From the NCBI GenBank assembly GCA_963169235.1, contig CAUJCX010000024.1:76122-100121 (forward strand): a DNA stretch of 24,000 nucleotides, in the 5' to 3' direction. Shown here in pieces: positions 23,369-24,000 of this stretch (position 1 is its first letter; every line of letters starts with the position of its first letter). A program made the translations under genes and the position numbers. Source of the stretch: Actinomycetota bacterium (GTDB taxonomy: Bacteria > Actinomycetota > Thermoleophilia > Miltoncostaeales > Miltoncostaeaceae). The notes below the pieces were generated by a model. The model saw only the letters and a program-made list of their open reading frames with translations. It searched no databases and was not told the origin of the DNA.

Positions 23369-24000
23369 ATGGCACGTTCGTCGACAGCAGCGGATGCCGG
23401 GACCCCGTCGCCCGTGCGCGCGTTCTTCGCGGGCCTCGGTCCGCGCGAGCGACGCAGCCTGGTGGGCATGACGGCGGTGGTGGTGGCCCTGCACGTGATC
23501 GGCTTCGGGGTGCTCTTCCTGGCCGTCGCCCCCCAGCACTTCGCGCTGGGCGGCGAGCACGCGGTGTTCACGGTGGGCGTCGGCCTGCTGGCGTACACGT
23601 TCGGGCTGCGGCACGCGTTCGACGCCGACCACATCGCGGCCGTCGACAACACCACCCGCAAGCTGCTGGCCGACCGGGCCGAGATGGACGCGGACGCGTC
23701 CGCCACGACCCCCATGCCCCTGTCGGTGGGGTTCTGGTTCTCGCTGGGCCACTCCACCGTGGTGTTCGTGCTGGCGTTCCTTTTGGCCCTCGGCATCCGC
23801 TCGCTGGTGGGACCGGTGAGCGACGACGACTCCACGCTCCAGACCATCACCCACCTCATCGGGCCCACGGTGTCCGGCGTGTTCCTGCTGGCGCTGGGCA
23901 TCGTCAACCTGTTGTCGCTCGTCGCGATCACGCGGGTCTTCCGGCGCATGCGCCGCGGCGACTACGACGAGGCCGAGCTGGAGCGCCACCTGCACTCGCG
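23369..24000 (+). CDS. NiCoT-family (HoxN/HupN/NixA-type) nickel/cobalt permease, 5' part (runs off the window end)
   Basis: My own translation from ATG at 23369 has no stop before the window end. It reads MARSSTAADAG...LVGMTAVVVALHVIGFGVLFL...LRHAFDADHIAAVDNTTRKLL...GFWFSLGHSTVVFVLAF. The RHAFDADHI(A)xDN and LGHSTVV motifs are the NiCoT signatures. It is absent from the ORF track because it has no stop in the window. Confidence 0.85.
   Translation, partial: MARSSTAADAGTPSPVRAFFAGLGPRERRSLVGMTAVVVALHVIGFGVLFLAVAPQHFALGGEHAVFTVGVGLLAYTFGLRHAFDADHIAAVDNTTRKLLADRAEMDADASATTPMPLSVGFWFSLGHSTVVFVLAFLLALGIRSLVGPVSDDDSTLQTITHLIGPTVSGVFLLALGIVNLLSLVAITRVFRRMRRGDYDEAELERHLHS

Noticed and set aside
1-24000. 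Scan for CRISPR arrays, tRNA/rRNA genes, IS elements, integrases and terminal inverted repeats
   Set aside because: I found no spaced direct repeats, no tRNA-like cloverleaf regions, no transposase or recombinase motifs, and no abrupt composition change. The locus looks like core-style chromosomal DNA rather than a mobile island.

Overview
Very GC-rich DNA (by eye over 70% G+C) of actinobacterial type. Real genes show near-saturated G/C at codon position 3, and I used this to separate true frames from the many long spurious ORFs in the track. The window is essentially one nickel/hydrogen locus with four parts. (i) A plus-strand structural and accessory operon at 5912-14949. It encodes a DUF1641-like (possibly HucM-like) protein, a Tat-less [NiFe]-hydrogenase small subunit and large subunit, the C-terminal maturation endopeptidase, small unknown proteins, a TPR protein, a NifU-Rieske (HucE-like) protein, an NHL beta-propeller, HypC, and an unknown protein with an internal HypC-like module. 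(ii) A divergent araC-hypA-hypB unit on the minus strand (5740 down to 3551). (iii) A convergent minus-strand maturation operon (22681 down to 16459): hypC, an atypical hypC-like gene, hypD, hypE, a tandem-SIS gene and hypF, with every junction overlapping by 1-4 nt. (iv) A Fur-family regulator plus a NiCoT nickel/cobalt permease (22809-24000, cut by the window end). Flanking or inserted genes are two CapA-family paralogues (205-1461 and 15091-16434), an atypical LuxR-type response regulator (1438-2052, minus) and a 2TM channel-like protein with two TrkA-N/RCK domains (2218-3546). I saw no rRNA, tRNA, CRISPR array, transposase or integrase. The points most worth a second look are: a coding-frame conflict at 9697-10213; four HypC-fold modules, two of them non-canonical; a tandem SIS protein wired between hypE and hypF; an AraC regulator translationally coupled to hypAB opposite the hydrogenase promoter region; and a Fur/NiCoT nickel-supply module with a Nur-box-like site. 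All family assignments come from motif recognition by eye, not from database searches.
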